From NCBI GenBank assembly GCA_035285125.1, contig JAYKHR010000019.1, forward strand, positions 1 to 41,002: 41,002 nucleotides of DNA. The letters run 5' to 3'. This document shows, in pieces, positions 17,415 to 26,356 of the stretch; position 1 is the first letter of the stretch, and each line of letters starts with the position of its first letter. The position numbers and the translations under genes are program-made. This DNA is from Candidatus Sericytochromatia bacterium (lineage in GTDB: Bacteria; Cyanobacteriota; Sericytochromatia; S15B-MN24; JAQBPE01). The notes beneath the pieces were generated by a model. It was not told the origin of the DNA, made no database searches, and saw nothing but the letters and a program-made list of their open reading frames with translations.

Positions 17415-18910
17415 GGTTGCTTCGTGCCTGGCTCGCCTGCGCCGCGCTGGCGGGGGCGGGGCTCGGCCTGACGTCCCTGCCTGCGCCTGTGGTTGCCCAG
17501 GTGTGGGGGCCCGAGTACGTCTATGACGCCACGGCGAGTTCGGTGGTGCTGACGCCGCCATCCGGCGCCCGGCCACGCGTGCTGGAGCTGGTCGGTCCCC
17601 CGCGCCTTTTGGCGGAGTGGGTGGGCACGGAGGGCGTGGTGCCCCGGCTCGACGTGCACGCCTTCGGGCCCGTGAGCCAGGTCCGCGTGGAGACGCTGGC
17701 TGGGCGCACCCGCCTCACTTTCCTGCTGCGCGGCGCCCTTGCCGACGGCGTGCGGCTGGTGCCCTACGGCCAGGGCATGCTGCTCGCGCTTCGCCTCGAC
17801 GGGCCCGTGAGGCCCCGCGCCCCCCGTGGGGTCCAGCGCACGCCGCGGCCCCACGAGCTGGCGCCTTTGACGCGGATCACGCCCGCCCCCGTCTTCCCGG
17901 CCATGGCGCCGGGCTACCCGGACCCTTACCCGTTCGGGGCCCCCGAGCCCGGGCCCGCCCCCGTGCGGACGGTACCGCCCGTGGCGCAGCAGCCGCAGCC
18001 GGTGGCCGCCGCCTCCGAGGCTGTCGCCGTGGTGCCGCCGACGCCTGGGCCGGCCTCGCCGCCTCCCGCCGTGCCTCAGGCACCGCCCACGCCGGCCCCC
18101 GCCCCCACCGAGCCCCCCTCGCCGACCCTGACGCAGACGCCCGTGCTCGTCGCCTCGCCGCCGACCGAGCCCCCGCTGGCTGAGGCTAGCCCTCGGCCGG
18201 CGTTCACCTCGCGCCTCGTGGCCGGCCTCGAGCTGCCCATCGCCTGGCGCGAGACCTTCCCGGCCGGGCGCTCCGACACCAGCGTGCCGATCGGCCTCGG
18301 CGCCGGTCTGCAGTGGGATCACTGGCTGACGCCGACGGTGGGGCTCGGCCTCGGGGCCCGCTCCGTTGGCTTCGTGATCGACGACCAGGCGGTGGGGAGC
18401 CGGTTCCAGGTCCGCCATCGGCGGGACGACTCGGAGCTCGCGGCGTCCTTGCGGGGGCGGTGGCCGCTCGGCCTGGGGCTCGAGGCCCTGCTCGGCTCGG
18501 GCGTCGTCGTGCGGGGCGTGACTAGCCTGACGACCCAGGCCGTCGTCACGAACGGCGTCGCGGGCAACGCCGTCGAGGTCGACACGACGGACTGGCTGTC
18601 GGCGAACTGGCTGGCCTTCGGGGGCGACGTGCGCGCCGGGCTGGGTTGGCGGCTGCTGCCGGCGCTGGTGTGGACGGCCTGGGGAGACTACCGCGTGCTG
18701 CCGACCGGGCAGGTCCTGACGCCAGGCGTCTCGCCGTTCTTCCCGCTGCACGGCTGGCGGCTCGGCACGGATCTCCGCTACGAGCTCGACGCGCTGGAGC
18801 TGTCCCTGGGTTGGGTGCAGGCGTCCGACGGCTTCACGGGCACGACGCCCGATCGCTCGCTGTCTCAGGCAGGCGGGCTGCTGCAGCTGCGGGCTGGCTG
18901 GCTCTACTGA
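17411..18910 (+). CDS. Second AMIN-like + Pro-rich + beta-barrel protein
   Basis: Signal peptide; LVGPPRLLAEW...VSQVRVE...TRLTFLL; Pro-rich linker; barrel-like strands ending LRAGWLY; shares ETFPxG, DDQ and HxRD motifs with 14263-15786. Confidence 0.65.
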   Translation: MRLLRAWLACAALAGAGLGLTSLPAPVVAQVWGPEYVYDATASSVVLTPPSGARPRVLELVGPPRLLAEWVGTEGVVPRLDVHAFGPVSQVRVETLAGRTRLTFLLRGALADGVRLVPYGQGMLLALRLDGPVRPRAPRGVQRTPRPHELAPLTRITPAPVFPAMAPGYPDPYPFGAPEPGPAPVRTVPPVAQQPQPVAAASEAVAVVPPTPGPASPPPAVPQAPPTPAPAPTEPPSPTLTQTPVLVASPPTEPPLAEASPRPAFTSRLVAGLELPIAWRETFPAGRSDTSVPIGLGAGLQWDHWLTPTVGLGLGARSVGFVIDDQAVGSRFQVRHRRDDSELAASLRGRWPLGLGLEALLGSGVVVRGVTSLTTQAVVTNGVAGNAVEVDTTDWLSANWLAFGGDVRAGLGWRLLPALVWTAWGDYRVLPTGQVLTPGVSPFFPLHGWRLGTDLRYELDALELSLGWVQASDGFTGTTPDRSLSQAGGLLQLRAGWLY

Positions 18911-18926
18911 CGGGGGCGGCCCCGAC

Positions 18927-18947
18927 GGCTCGCTGACCCGAGCCTTT
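18927..18947 (+). terminator. Possible weak terminator between convergent genes
   Basis: GGCTCG-ctgacc-CGAGCC followed by only TTT. Confidence 0.3.
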
Positions 18948-18962
18948 CGCCTGGGGCCCGGA

Positions 18963-20768
18963 TCAGGCGCGCAGGCAGCGGCGGGCCAGCTCGTGCATCG
19001 AGATCATGATGCCGGTGGGGCGCCCGTGGGGGCACGTCAGGGGGTGACGGGCCTCGCGCAGCCTCGCGACGACCTGCTCCATCTGTTCCATCGAGAGCAC
19101 GTCCCCCGCCCGCACGGCGGCGTGGCAGGCGATCGTCCGGCGGATCGGGTCGTCGTCGGGCTGCCGGATCACGACCCCGTTTCGCTCGGCGCCCGAGAGC
19201 AGCTCGCGCACCGTCGCCTCCGCCTCGTCGAGGGGCAGCAGGGCCGGGATGCCCCGCAAGATCCACCGGCCCGACCCGAACGGCGCGAGCTCGAACCCGA
19301 GGGCCGCCAGGCGCGGGCCGAACTCCTCGGCCAGACCCTCCTCGCGGGGGGAGAGGGGCAGCACCACGGGCATCAGCAGGGCCTGCGAGACGACCTCCGC
19401 GGGCCTGAGTTGCTCGTAGATCCAGCGCTCGTGGGAGTTGTGCTGGTCGAGCAGGAACAGGCCGTCCGGGTGCTCGCAGACGATGTACGTGCGGTGCAGC
19501 TGGAACAGCACCCGCAGTTGGTCGAGCTCGCGTGGCAGGCCCGGCTCCCCGCGGGGGGCCTCCGGCAGCAGCCCGGGCAGGCTCGCCGGCGGGGGGGGCT
19601 CGGGCGCGGCGCCCGCGGCGGGCGGCAGCGGGGCCCAGAACGCGAGGGCCGCAGCCGACTCTGCCGCGGTGGGGGCAGCGCGGTCTGCCAGGGACCCCCA
19701 GCCAGCGGTGGCAGGGGCCCCGGCAGGGCTGCCCCCCCCCGCCTCCTGGGCCGGGGCGACTTGCCCGTAGTCCTCGTCCGTCCAGGCCTGGGCGAAGCCC
19801 TTGCGCAGGGCGTCCACCAGCGTGAGGTACACGCGCTGGGTCTGGCCGAGGCGCCCCTCCTTCTTGGCGGGGTGCACGTTGACGTCCACGGCCGCCGGGT
19901 CCACCTCGAGGAACAGCACCCAGCTCGCGTGGCGGCCGTGCGGGAGGTGCCCCCCATAGGCTTCCTCGACGGCCCGGGCCAGCACGGGGTGGCGCACCCA
20001 GCGGCGGTTGACGAAGAAGAACTGCCGGGACCTGTCGCCGCGGGGCCGATCCGGTCTGCAGGCGAGCCCGTGGACCCTGCCCCCGGCTCCCTCGTGCGCC
20101 ACCGGCACCATGGCGTCTCCCGCCGCATCGCCGAAGAGCGCGCCCACCACCGCTGGCAGCGTGCCCGCGCCGACGGTCGAGAGCGCCTCTCGGCCGTTGA
20201 GCGTGAGGCGAAACCCCACGTCGGGGTGGCACAGGGCGAGGCCCAAGACCACGTCGTGGATGTGGCCCTGCTCCGTGGCGGGGGCGCGCAGGAACTTCAG
20301 CCGCGCCGGCGTGTTGTAAAAGAGGTCGGTCACCGAGATGGCGGTGCCCTCCGGGCAGCCGGCCGGCTTCACGACGGGCTCGCTGCCTCCCTCGATCCAC
20401 ACGCGCGTGCCGCGGTCCCCGCCGCGCGGCCGGGTCAGGCACTCCACCCGGGCAATCGAGGCGATCGAGGCCAGCGCCTCCCCGCGGAAGCCCATCGTGG
20501 TGAGGGCCCAGAGGGCCTCCGCGTCCCGCAGCTTGCTGGTGGCGAAGCGCTCGAAGGCGGCGACAGCGTCGTCGGGCTCCATGCCTTCGCCGTCGTCGAC
20601 CACCCGCAGGTGGCGGCCGCCCTCGGACACCTCGATCGTGATGCGCCGGGCCCCTGCGTCGAGGGCGTTCTCGACCAGCTCCTTGACCACGGAGGCCGGG
20701 CGCTCGATCACCTCCCCGGCGGCGATCTGGTTGGCGACGTGCAGCGGCAGGCGGGCGATCTTGGCCAT
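18963..20768 (-). CDS. mutL: DNA mismatch repair endonuclease MutL
   Basis: NQIAAGEVIERPASVVKELVENALDAG, GFRGEALASI, DVNVHPAK, DQHNSHE, ACH, CPHGRP; ATG at 20768. Confidence 0.97.
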   Translation of the reverse strand: MAKIARLPLHVANQIAAGEVIERPASVVKELVENALDAGARRITIEVSEGGRHLRVVDDGEGMEPDDAVAAFERFATSKLRDAEALWALTTMGFRGEALASIASIARVECLTRPRGGDRGTRVWIEGGSEPVVKPAGCPEGTAISVTDLFYNTPARLKFLRAPATEQGHIHDVVLGLALCHPDVGFRLTLNGREALSTVGAGTLPAVVGALFGDAAGDAMVPVAHEGAGGRVHGLACRPDRPRGDRSRQFFFVNRRWVRHPVLARAVEEAYGGHLPHGRHASWVLFLEVDPAAVDVNVHPAKKEGRLGQTQRVYLTLVDALRKGFAQAWTDEDYGQVAPAQEAGGGSPAGAPATAGWGSLADRAAPTAAESAAALAFWAPLPPAAGAAPEPPPPASLPGLLPEAPRGEPGLPRELDQLRVLFQLHRTYIVCEHPDGLFLLDQHNSHERWIYEQLRPAEVVSQALLMPVVLPLSPREEGLAEEFGPRLAALGFELAPFGSGRWILRGIPALLPLDEAEATVRELLSGAERNGVVIRQPDDDPIRRTIACHAAVRAGDVLSMEQMEQVVARLREARHPLTCPHGRPTGIMISMHELARRCLRA

Positions 20769-20850
20769 GCCGTTCAGCGTACCATGGCGCTTGCGGGCAC
20801 GACGGGACACCCGCCCACCCGGCACGCTGGGGGCCGGAGGTGGCAGGGAG

Positions 20851-23481
20851 ATGGCGCAGGCGGGTGGCTGGCATGCCGAGACCCCGGGGGCGGTCGCGGC
20901 CGCCCTCGCGAGCCCGGAGGCGGGCCTCGACGCGGACGAGGCCCGGGCCCGGCTGGCGCGGTGCGGGCCGAACCGCCTGCCCGCCCCCCCGCGGCGCGGG
21001 CCGCTGCAGCGTGTCGCGGGACAGCTCCACAACCCCCTCATCTACGTGCTGCTGGCGGCAGCGGGCGTGTCGGCCGCGCTGGCCCACGTGGTCGATGCGG
21101 GCGTCATCGTGGCCGTCGTGGCGCTCAACGCGTGGGTCGGCCTGGTGCAGGAGGGGCAGGCCGAGCGCTCCCTGGAGGCCATCCGGCGGATGATCGATCC
21201 GCACGCCACGGTGCTCAGGGAGGGGCAGCGCGCCGTGGTGCCGGTGGAGAGCCTCGTGCCGGGCGATCGCGTGCTGCTGGCGCCGGGAGACAGGGTGCCA
21301 GCCGACCTCCGGCTGGTGGCTGCCGAGCGGCTGCGCCTCGACGAGGCCATCCTGACGGGCGAGTCGGAGGCGGTCTCGAAGGGCACGGAGGCGCTAGGGG
21401 CCGCGGCCCCGCTGTCAGAGCGTATCAACATGGCCTGGTCCGGCACGATGGTGGTCGCGGGCCGGGGGGTGGGGCTGGTGGTCGCGACCGGCGATGCCAC
21501 GGAGCTGGGCCGGATCGGCCGCCTGCTGCGGGCGGTCGAGAGCCTCCAAACCCCGCTGACGCGCCAGCTCGACCGGTTCGCTCTGCAGGTGACGGGCATG
21601 ATCCTGGTCGCCGCATTCGGGTTCTTCGCCGTGGCCGTGCAGGGCCGTGGCTACCCGCCCGAGGAGGCCTTTCTGGTGGTGGTGGGGCTGGCCGTGGCGG
21701 CCATCCCGGAGGGCCTGCCGGCCGTCGTGACGATCACGCTGGCCGTTGGCGTCAGCCGGATGGCGGCCCGCCACGCCCTGGTGCGGCACCTCCCGGCCGT
21801 CGAGTCGCTGGGCGAGGTGGCCGCGATCTGCTCCGACAAGACGGGCACGCTGACGCGCAACGAGATGGTGGTGCAGGCTGTCGTCACCCCGGGGGGTGAG
21901 GTGGCCGTGGCGGGAGAGGGCTACGCCCCCGAGGGTGCGCTCACGCCCATGGGGCACCTGCCGGAGGTCGTCGCGTTGGCCCGGGCGGCGCTCCTGTGCA
22001 ACGACGCGGACGTGCACCGGGTGGAGGGCGTCTGGCGGCCGAGCGGCGACCCGATGGAGGCCGCGCTCGTCACGCTGGCCCGAAAGGCCGGCTTGGATCC
22101 GGGTGCCGAGCGGCTGGCCTGCCCCCGCGTTGCGGAGCTGCCTTTCGACGGGGGGCTGCGGTACATGGCCACGTGCCACGACGCCGGAGACGGGGCCTCG
22201 CACGTGGTGGTCAAGGGGGCACCCGAGCAGGTGCTCTCGATGCTGGCAGCCTCGGAGGACCCGGGGCCCTGGCAGGCGTACACGCAGGCGCTCGCCTCCC
22301 GGGGGCTGCGGGTGCTGGCGATCGCGACGGGGCCGGGCCCGGCGGATCTCAAGTTGTCTTTCGACGCCCCCCCCATGGGGCTCCGCCTGCTCGGGCTCGT
22401 CGGCCTGATCGATCCGCCGCGCGCCGCGGCACTGGACGCCGTGCAGGAGTGCAGGGCCGCGGGCATCCGCGTCAAGATGATCACGGGCGACCACGCGCTG
22501 ACGGCCGGCGCCGTCGCGGCGCAGCTCGGGCTGGCCGACAACCCCCGCGTCGTGCTCGGCAGCGAGCTGGATGGCCTCACGGGCGAGGCGCTTGCGGTGA
22601 CGGCCCGCGAGGCAGATGTCTTCGCGCGCACCACGCCCGAGGCCAAGCTGCGGCTGGTGGAGGCCCTGCAGGCGGACGGCACGGTGGTCGCGATGACGGG
22701 GGACGGCGTCAACGATGCGCCGGCGCTCAAGCGTGCAGACGTTGGCGTGGCGATGGGCCTGACGGGCACGGAGGTCGCCAAGGAGGCCTCGCAGATGGTG
22801 CTGGCCGACGACAACTTTGCCTCGATCGTGGCGGCCGTGCGGGAGGGTCGCACCGCCTACGACAATATCACGAAGGTGATCGCGTGGACCTTGCCGACTA
22901 ACGGGGGCGAGGTCTTCGCCGTCGTCGGGGCCATGGCGCTGGGCCTCGCCCTGCCGGTCTCGGCCGTGCAGATCCTGTGGATCAACCTGGTGACGGCCGG
23001 GACGCTGGGCCTGACGCTGGCCTGGGAACCCCCGGCCCCGGACGTCATGAAGCGGCCACCCCGGGTGCCGGGCGCGCCATTGCTCACGCCGGCGCTCGCG
23101 CGGCAGACCCTGTTGCTGTGCGTGCTGTTCAGCGTGGGCGTGCTCGGGGTGTACGGCTGGATGCTGGCGCGCGGCCACGGCCTGGACGCTGTTCGCACGG
23201 CGGTGGTGCAGGCCATCGTGGCGATGGAGATCGCCTACCTGTTCAACGTGCGCAGGCCGCCGGGGGAGCCCTGGCGGCCGACGACGCCCGCCATTCGGCT
23301 GGGGATTGCCGCGGTGGTGCTCTGTCAACTGGCCTTCACCTACTGGGCGCCGATGCAGGCCGTGTTCCACACCCGCGCGCTCGGGCTGGTGGACTGGCTC
23401 GGGCCCGTCGCGGCCGCGGGGTGGGTGTGGGGGGCCGTCGAGCTTGGGGGGCGGTGGCGGAGGGCCCCTCATCCCCGCTGA
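20851..23481 (+). CDS. Cation-transporting P-type ATPase (type II-like)
   Basis: TGES, IPEGLP, CSDKTGTLT, KGAPE, MITGDH, GDGVNDAPAL; GGGAG immediately upstream of ATG 20851. Confidence 0.93.
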   Translation: MAQAGGWHAETPGAVAAALASPEAGLDADEARARLARCGPNRLPAPPRRGPLQRVAGQLHNPLIYVLLAAAGVSAALAHVVDAGVIVAVVALNAWVGLVQEGQAERSLEAIRRMIDPHATVLREGQRAVVPVESLVPGDRVLLAPGDRVPADLRLVAAERLRLDEAILTGESEAVSKGTEALGAAAPLSERINMAWSGTMVVAGRGVGLVVATGDATELGRIGRLLRAVESLQTPLTRQLDRFALQVTGMILVAAFGFFAVAVQGRGYPPEEAFLVVVGLAVAAIPEGLPAVVTITLAVGVSRMAARHALVRHLPAVESLGEVAAICSDKTGTLTRNEMVVQAVVTPGGEVAVAGEGYAPEGALTPMGHLPEVVALARAALLCNDADVHRVEGVWRPSGDPMEAALVTLARKAGLDPGAERLACPRVAELPFDGGLRYMATCHDAGDGASHVVVKGAPEQVLSMLAASEDPGPWQAYTQALASRGLRVLAIATGPGPADLKLSFDAPPMGLRLLGLVGLIDPPRAAALDAVQECRAAGIRVKMITGDHALTAGAVAAQLGLADNPRVVLGSELDGLTGEALAVTAREADVFARTTPEAKLRLVEALQADGTVVAMTGDGVNDAPALKRADVGVAMGLTGTEVAKEASQMVLADDNFASIVAAVREGRTAYDNITKVIAWTLPTNGGEVFAVVGAMALGLALPVSAVQILWINLVTAGTLGLTLAWEPPAPDVMKRPPRVPGAPLLTPALARQTLLLCVLFSVGVLGVYGWMLARGHGLDAVRTAVVQAIVAMEIAYLFNVRRPPGEPWRPTTPAIRLGIAAVVLCQLAFTYWAPMQAVFHTRALGLVDWLGPVAAAGWVWGAVELGGRWRRAPHPR

Positions 23482-23600
23482 CGCGGACCTTCTCCCCGCG
23501 GGGAGAAGGGGGCTTTGTGGGGTGGTGGTTGTGGGAACCGGCTGGGGCCACCGCTGCCCTCTCCCCGCGGGAGAGGGTGCCCGTCAGGGCGGGTGAGGGG
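23465..23600. repeat. Inverted pair of ~45-bp REP-like palindromic elements
   Basis: Copy 1 (+) CCCCTCATCCCCGCTGACGCGGACCTTCTCCCCGCGGGGAGAAGGG at 23465-23510; copy 2 (-) CCCCTCACCCGCCCTGACGGGCACCCTCTCCCGCGGGGAGAGGG at 23557-23600; located between convergent genes. Confidence 0.75.
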
Positions 23601-23603
23601 CCG

Positions 23604-24653
23604 TCACGCCCGCACGATGATGCGATCGCCCGCCACCAGGCGGCCGATTTCCCAGGCCTCGACGCCTGTCGCACGCAGCGCGCGGTGGACGCCCTCGCCG
23701 TCGTCCGAGGCCACGGCCATCAGCAACCCGCCCGACGTCTGGGCGTCGGCGAGCACGAGCAACTGTGCCTCCGTCACGTCGGGGCCCACGTCGAGGTGGG
23801 GGCGCATATGGGACAGGTTGCGCTCCGTGCCCCCGGGCACCTCGTCCGCTGCGACGAGTTCTGGCACGCCGTCGAACACGGGCACGGCGGAGGCGCTGAG
23901 CTCTGCCCCGAGCCGGGACGCCCGGCAGATCTCCCAGAGGTGACCCAGCAGCCCGTAGCCCGTGACATCCGTGCAGGCGTGGGCCCCCCGCTTGGTGAGC
24001 ACCGCCCCGGCCGCCCTGTTGAGCTGCTGCATCGAGGCGATCGCAGGCGCGGCCTGCTCGGCCGTCCAGACGCCGTGCTTCAGGGCCGTCGTCACGATGC
24101 CCGTGCCGAGCCGCTTCGTCAGGATCAGGCGATCGCCCGGCCGGCCGCCCGCGTTGGACAGGATGCGGCGGGGGTGCACCCGGCCCGTGACGGCCATGCC
24201 GTACTTGGGCACCGCGTCCTCGACAGAGTGGCCCCCGAGCAATGCGACGCCGGCTTCCTGGAGCTTGTCCAGGCCGCCCCGGAGGATGGCCGCGAGCACC
24301 TCGGCCGGCATGGTGCGGCTTGGATAAGCCAGGATGTTCAAGGCCGTGAGCGGCTCGCCGCCCATGGCGTAGACGTCCGAGAGGGCGTTCGCGGCCGCGA
24401 TGGCCCCGAACGCGTGGCCGTCGTCGACCATCGGGGTGAAGAAGTCCACGGTTTGCACGAGGGCCATGTCGGGCGCCAGCTGGAACACGCCGGCATCGTC
24501 CCACGTCTGGAAGCCGACGAGGACGCGGGGGTCTTTGGGGATCTCGAGGCTGCCCAGCACCTGGGACAGCTGGCCGGGGCCGACCTTGGACGCTCAGCCA
24601 GCCGCCGTCGACAGGGCGGTCAGGCGGAAGATGTGGTCGCTGGAGTGGTGCAT
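23604..24653 (-). CDS. selD: Selenide, water dikinase SelD, selenocysteine-containing (349 aa)
   Basis: MHHSSDHIFRLTALSTAAG-UGA-ASKVGPGQL in frame with DDAGV, QTVDFFTP, ANALSDVYAMGG, GGHS, TDVTGYGLLGH, DAQTSGGLL; the UGA (24596-24594) occupies the catalytic U/C-x-x-K site. Confidence 0.95.
24549..24570 (-). promoter_or_regulatory. Putative bacterial SECIS element
   Basis: mRNA GCUG-U-CCCAG-GUG-CUGGG-CAGC hairpin with a bulged U and G-initiated apical loop starting 34 nt after the UGA. Confidence 0.7.
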
Positions 24654-24660
24654 ATCGGCG

Positions 24661-25071
24661 TCAGGTCTTGGGCTTCTTGAGCATCAGCTTGCCCATGAAG
24701 CCCTCGGCATCGACCACGAACCGCTCGTGCGTGCCCTCGCCGATCTTCTCGCGTTCGTCGTAGACCGTGACGCGGAACTCCAGCCGCCGGCCCTCTACCG
24801 ACACGACGACGGCCTCTGCTGAGACGTTGTGGCCGATGGGGCTGGCCGCGAGGTGCTTGAGGTTCAGGCCCATGCCCACGGTGGTGCTGCCGAGCGGCAG
24901 GTACGGCTGCAAGGCGGCGACCGCCGCCTGCTCGGCCAGGGCCGCCATCGAGGGCGTCGCGAAGATGGGCAGGGAGCCGCTCCCGACGGTGACAGCGGTG
25001 TTGTCGCTGCCGACGACCGTCGCCGCGCTGCCCATCACGCCCAGCAAGTGCCCCATCTCGACCATCTTCAC
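24661..25071 (-). CDS. Hot-dog thioesterase, fluoroacetyl-CoA thioesterase (FlK)-like
   Basis: VGSGSLPIFATPSMAALAE, TTVG, KHLAASPIG, IGEGTHERFVV; GAGGGAG upstream (start GTG 25071 or ATG 25065). Confidence 0.85.
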   Translation of the reverse strand: MKMVEMGHLLGVMGSAATVVGSDNTAVTVGSGSLPIFATPSMAALAEQAAVAALQPYLPLGSTTVGMGLNLKHLAASPIGHNVSAEAVVVSVEGRRLEFRVTVYDEREKIGEGTHERFVVDAEGFMGKLMLKKPKT

Positions 25072-25170
25072 GCTCCCTCGTGCTGCTTCGGAGCCATTCT
25101 AACACGCGGACGGGGGACGGCGTCGGCGCATCTGCGAGGGGGCGGCCCAGCGTCGTGGGTCGGCGGTGCC

Positions 25171-25788
25171 TCAGCGCCCGGGCAGGGGCTTCGCGACGGC
25201 CTTGGCGACGGCCGGCTTGCCGTGCCACCCGAGCCACCGGTGCACCACGTGCAGCGTGGTGGTGGTGCCAAGGCTGGTGGCGAGTACGACGGCGAGGGCC
25301 GCGGCGAAGCCAGCCAGGAAGCGGCGCAGCCAGTCGGCGCGGGTCGGCGGGATCGGCCGGTGGATTTTGACGCTCTTGTAGGCCACCCGGTTGGGGTTGT
25401 AGGTCCACTGGGCCCTGCGCCGCGCCAGCGCCTCCTGCGTGGCGGACGAGGGGCGGGCGTCCACGCGCATCGCCGTGGCCTGCCAGTCGTGCGGGGCCAG
25501 CGGCCGCCGCCCGGCGCCCAGCGTCATCGTGGCCCGTTCCCCACGGCGGGCGAGGGGGCCCACCTGACGCAGGGCAAGCCGCAGCTGCGCGGTGTTAGAG
25601 CTGGCGACGCGGGCCTTGGTCGCGGCCACCTGGCGCAGCTCGCGCAGGTCGTGAACGGCCTCACGCGTCTTGGTGCAGGCCTGGCAGAGGCCACTGGGCT
25701 GGCGGCAGCCACCACACAGCGGCAGCTTGCAGCCCCGGCAGGGCAGCGGGCCATCGTTCCTCGGATGGTAATAGCACTTGATGCTCAT
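25171..25788 (-). CDS. B-box-like Zn-finger protein with C-terminal TM helix
   Basis: N-terminal CYYHP-x7-CRGC-x4-CGGC-x6-CQAC; hydrophobic FLAGFAAALAVVLATSLG near the C-terminus. Confidence 0.65.
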   Translation of the reverse strand: MSIKCYYHPRNDGPLPCRGCKLPLCGGCRQPSGLCQACTKTREAVHDLRELRQVAATKARVASSNTAQLRLALRQVGPLARRGERATMTLGAGRRPLAPHDWQATAMRVDARPSSATQEALARRRAQWTYNPNRVAYKSVKIHRPIPPTRADWLRRFLAGFAAALAVVLATSLGTTTTLHVVHRWLGWHGKPAVAKAVAKPLPGR

Positions 25789-25912
25789 CTGCGGACTGCT
25801 CACTCCCCGAGCCATGGTATCCGCGTGAACAGGCCGTAACTTGACTAAGGATGGGCAATTATTTGTTTAAGAAAGGCCTATGATTCAGTGGCGGGCGCTG
25901 CCCGCCCCGCCT

Positions 25913-26356
25913 TCAGATGAGCAGGTCGACGAGCATGCCCCGGATCTGCTCCAGCTTGCCGAGCAGGCCCAACGGCTTGCCTTGCCCGGCGAGCACCGAC
26001 TCCGTGAGGTCGGCCAGCTGCCGGTCGACTTCCTTGACGAGGGTGAACACCCTGTTTCGGTGGTCCATCTGCCTGTCGGTCTGCGAGAACTGATCGACGG
26101 CCTCCCGCAGGAACCGCCCCACGAGGTCCCGGTAGCGGGCCACCTCGCCCGCCACCGGGTGGGCCTCCAGGCGACGTCCCTGCTCGTCGATCTCGGCCAG
26201 CAGGCCTACCATCGAGGACTGCGTGGCGCGGGCACGCGTCGCCTGCAGCTGGCCCTCGAAGCGGGCCCCCGTGGGGCCCGGGGTGCCAGCGGGCTCCCCG
26301 GCCGGCCGGGGCCCGAGCGGCTGGCCCTGGGGCTGGTGGTCGACGGGCTTGAGCAC
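25913..26356 (-). CDS. YaaR / DUF327 family protein
   Basis: AGGAGG 8 nt before GTG 26356; LLAEIDEQGRRL...YRDLVGRFLREAV...VDRQLADL...IRGMLVDL pattern. Confidence 0.8.
   Translation of the reverse strand: MLKPVDHQPQGQPLGPRPAGEPAGTPGPTGARFEGQLQATRARATQSSMVGLLAEIDEQGRRLEAHPVAGEVARYRDLVGRFLREAVDQFSQTDRQMDHRNRVFTLVKEVDRQLADLTESVLAGQGKPLGLLGKLEQIRGMLVDLLI

Noticed and set aside
20338..21041. N-terminal extensions of mutL and the ATPase implying overlapping divergent genes
   Set aside because: Family motifs begin at ATG 20768 (-) and ATG 20851 (+), leaving an ordinary 82-bp divergent gap.
23465..23600. CRISPR array
   Set aside because: Only two units, inverted and diverged, and no cas genes in the window.
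24594..24596. selD as a nonsense pseudogene
   Set aside because: The UGA falls exactly on the catalytic residue, has a SECIS-like hairpin downstream, and the rest of the gene is intact.
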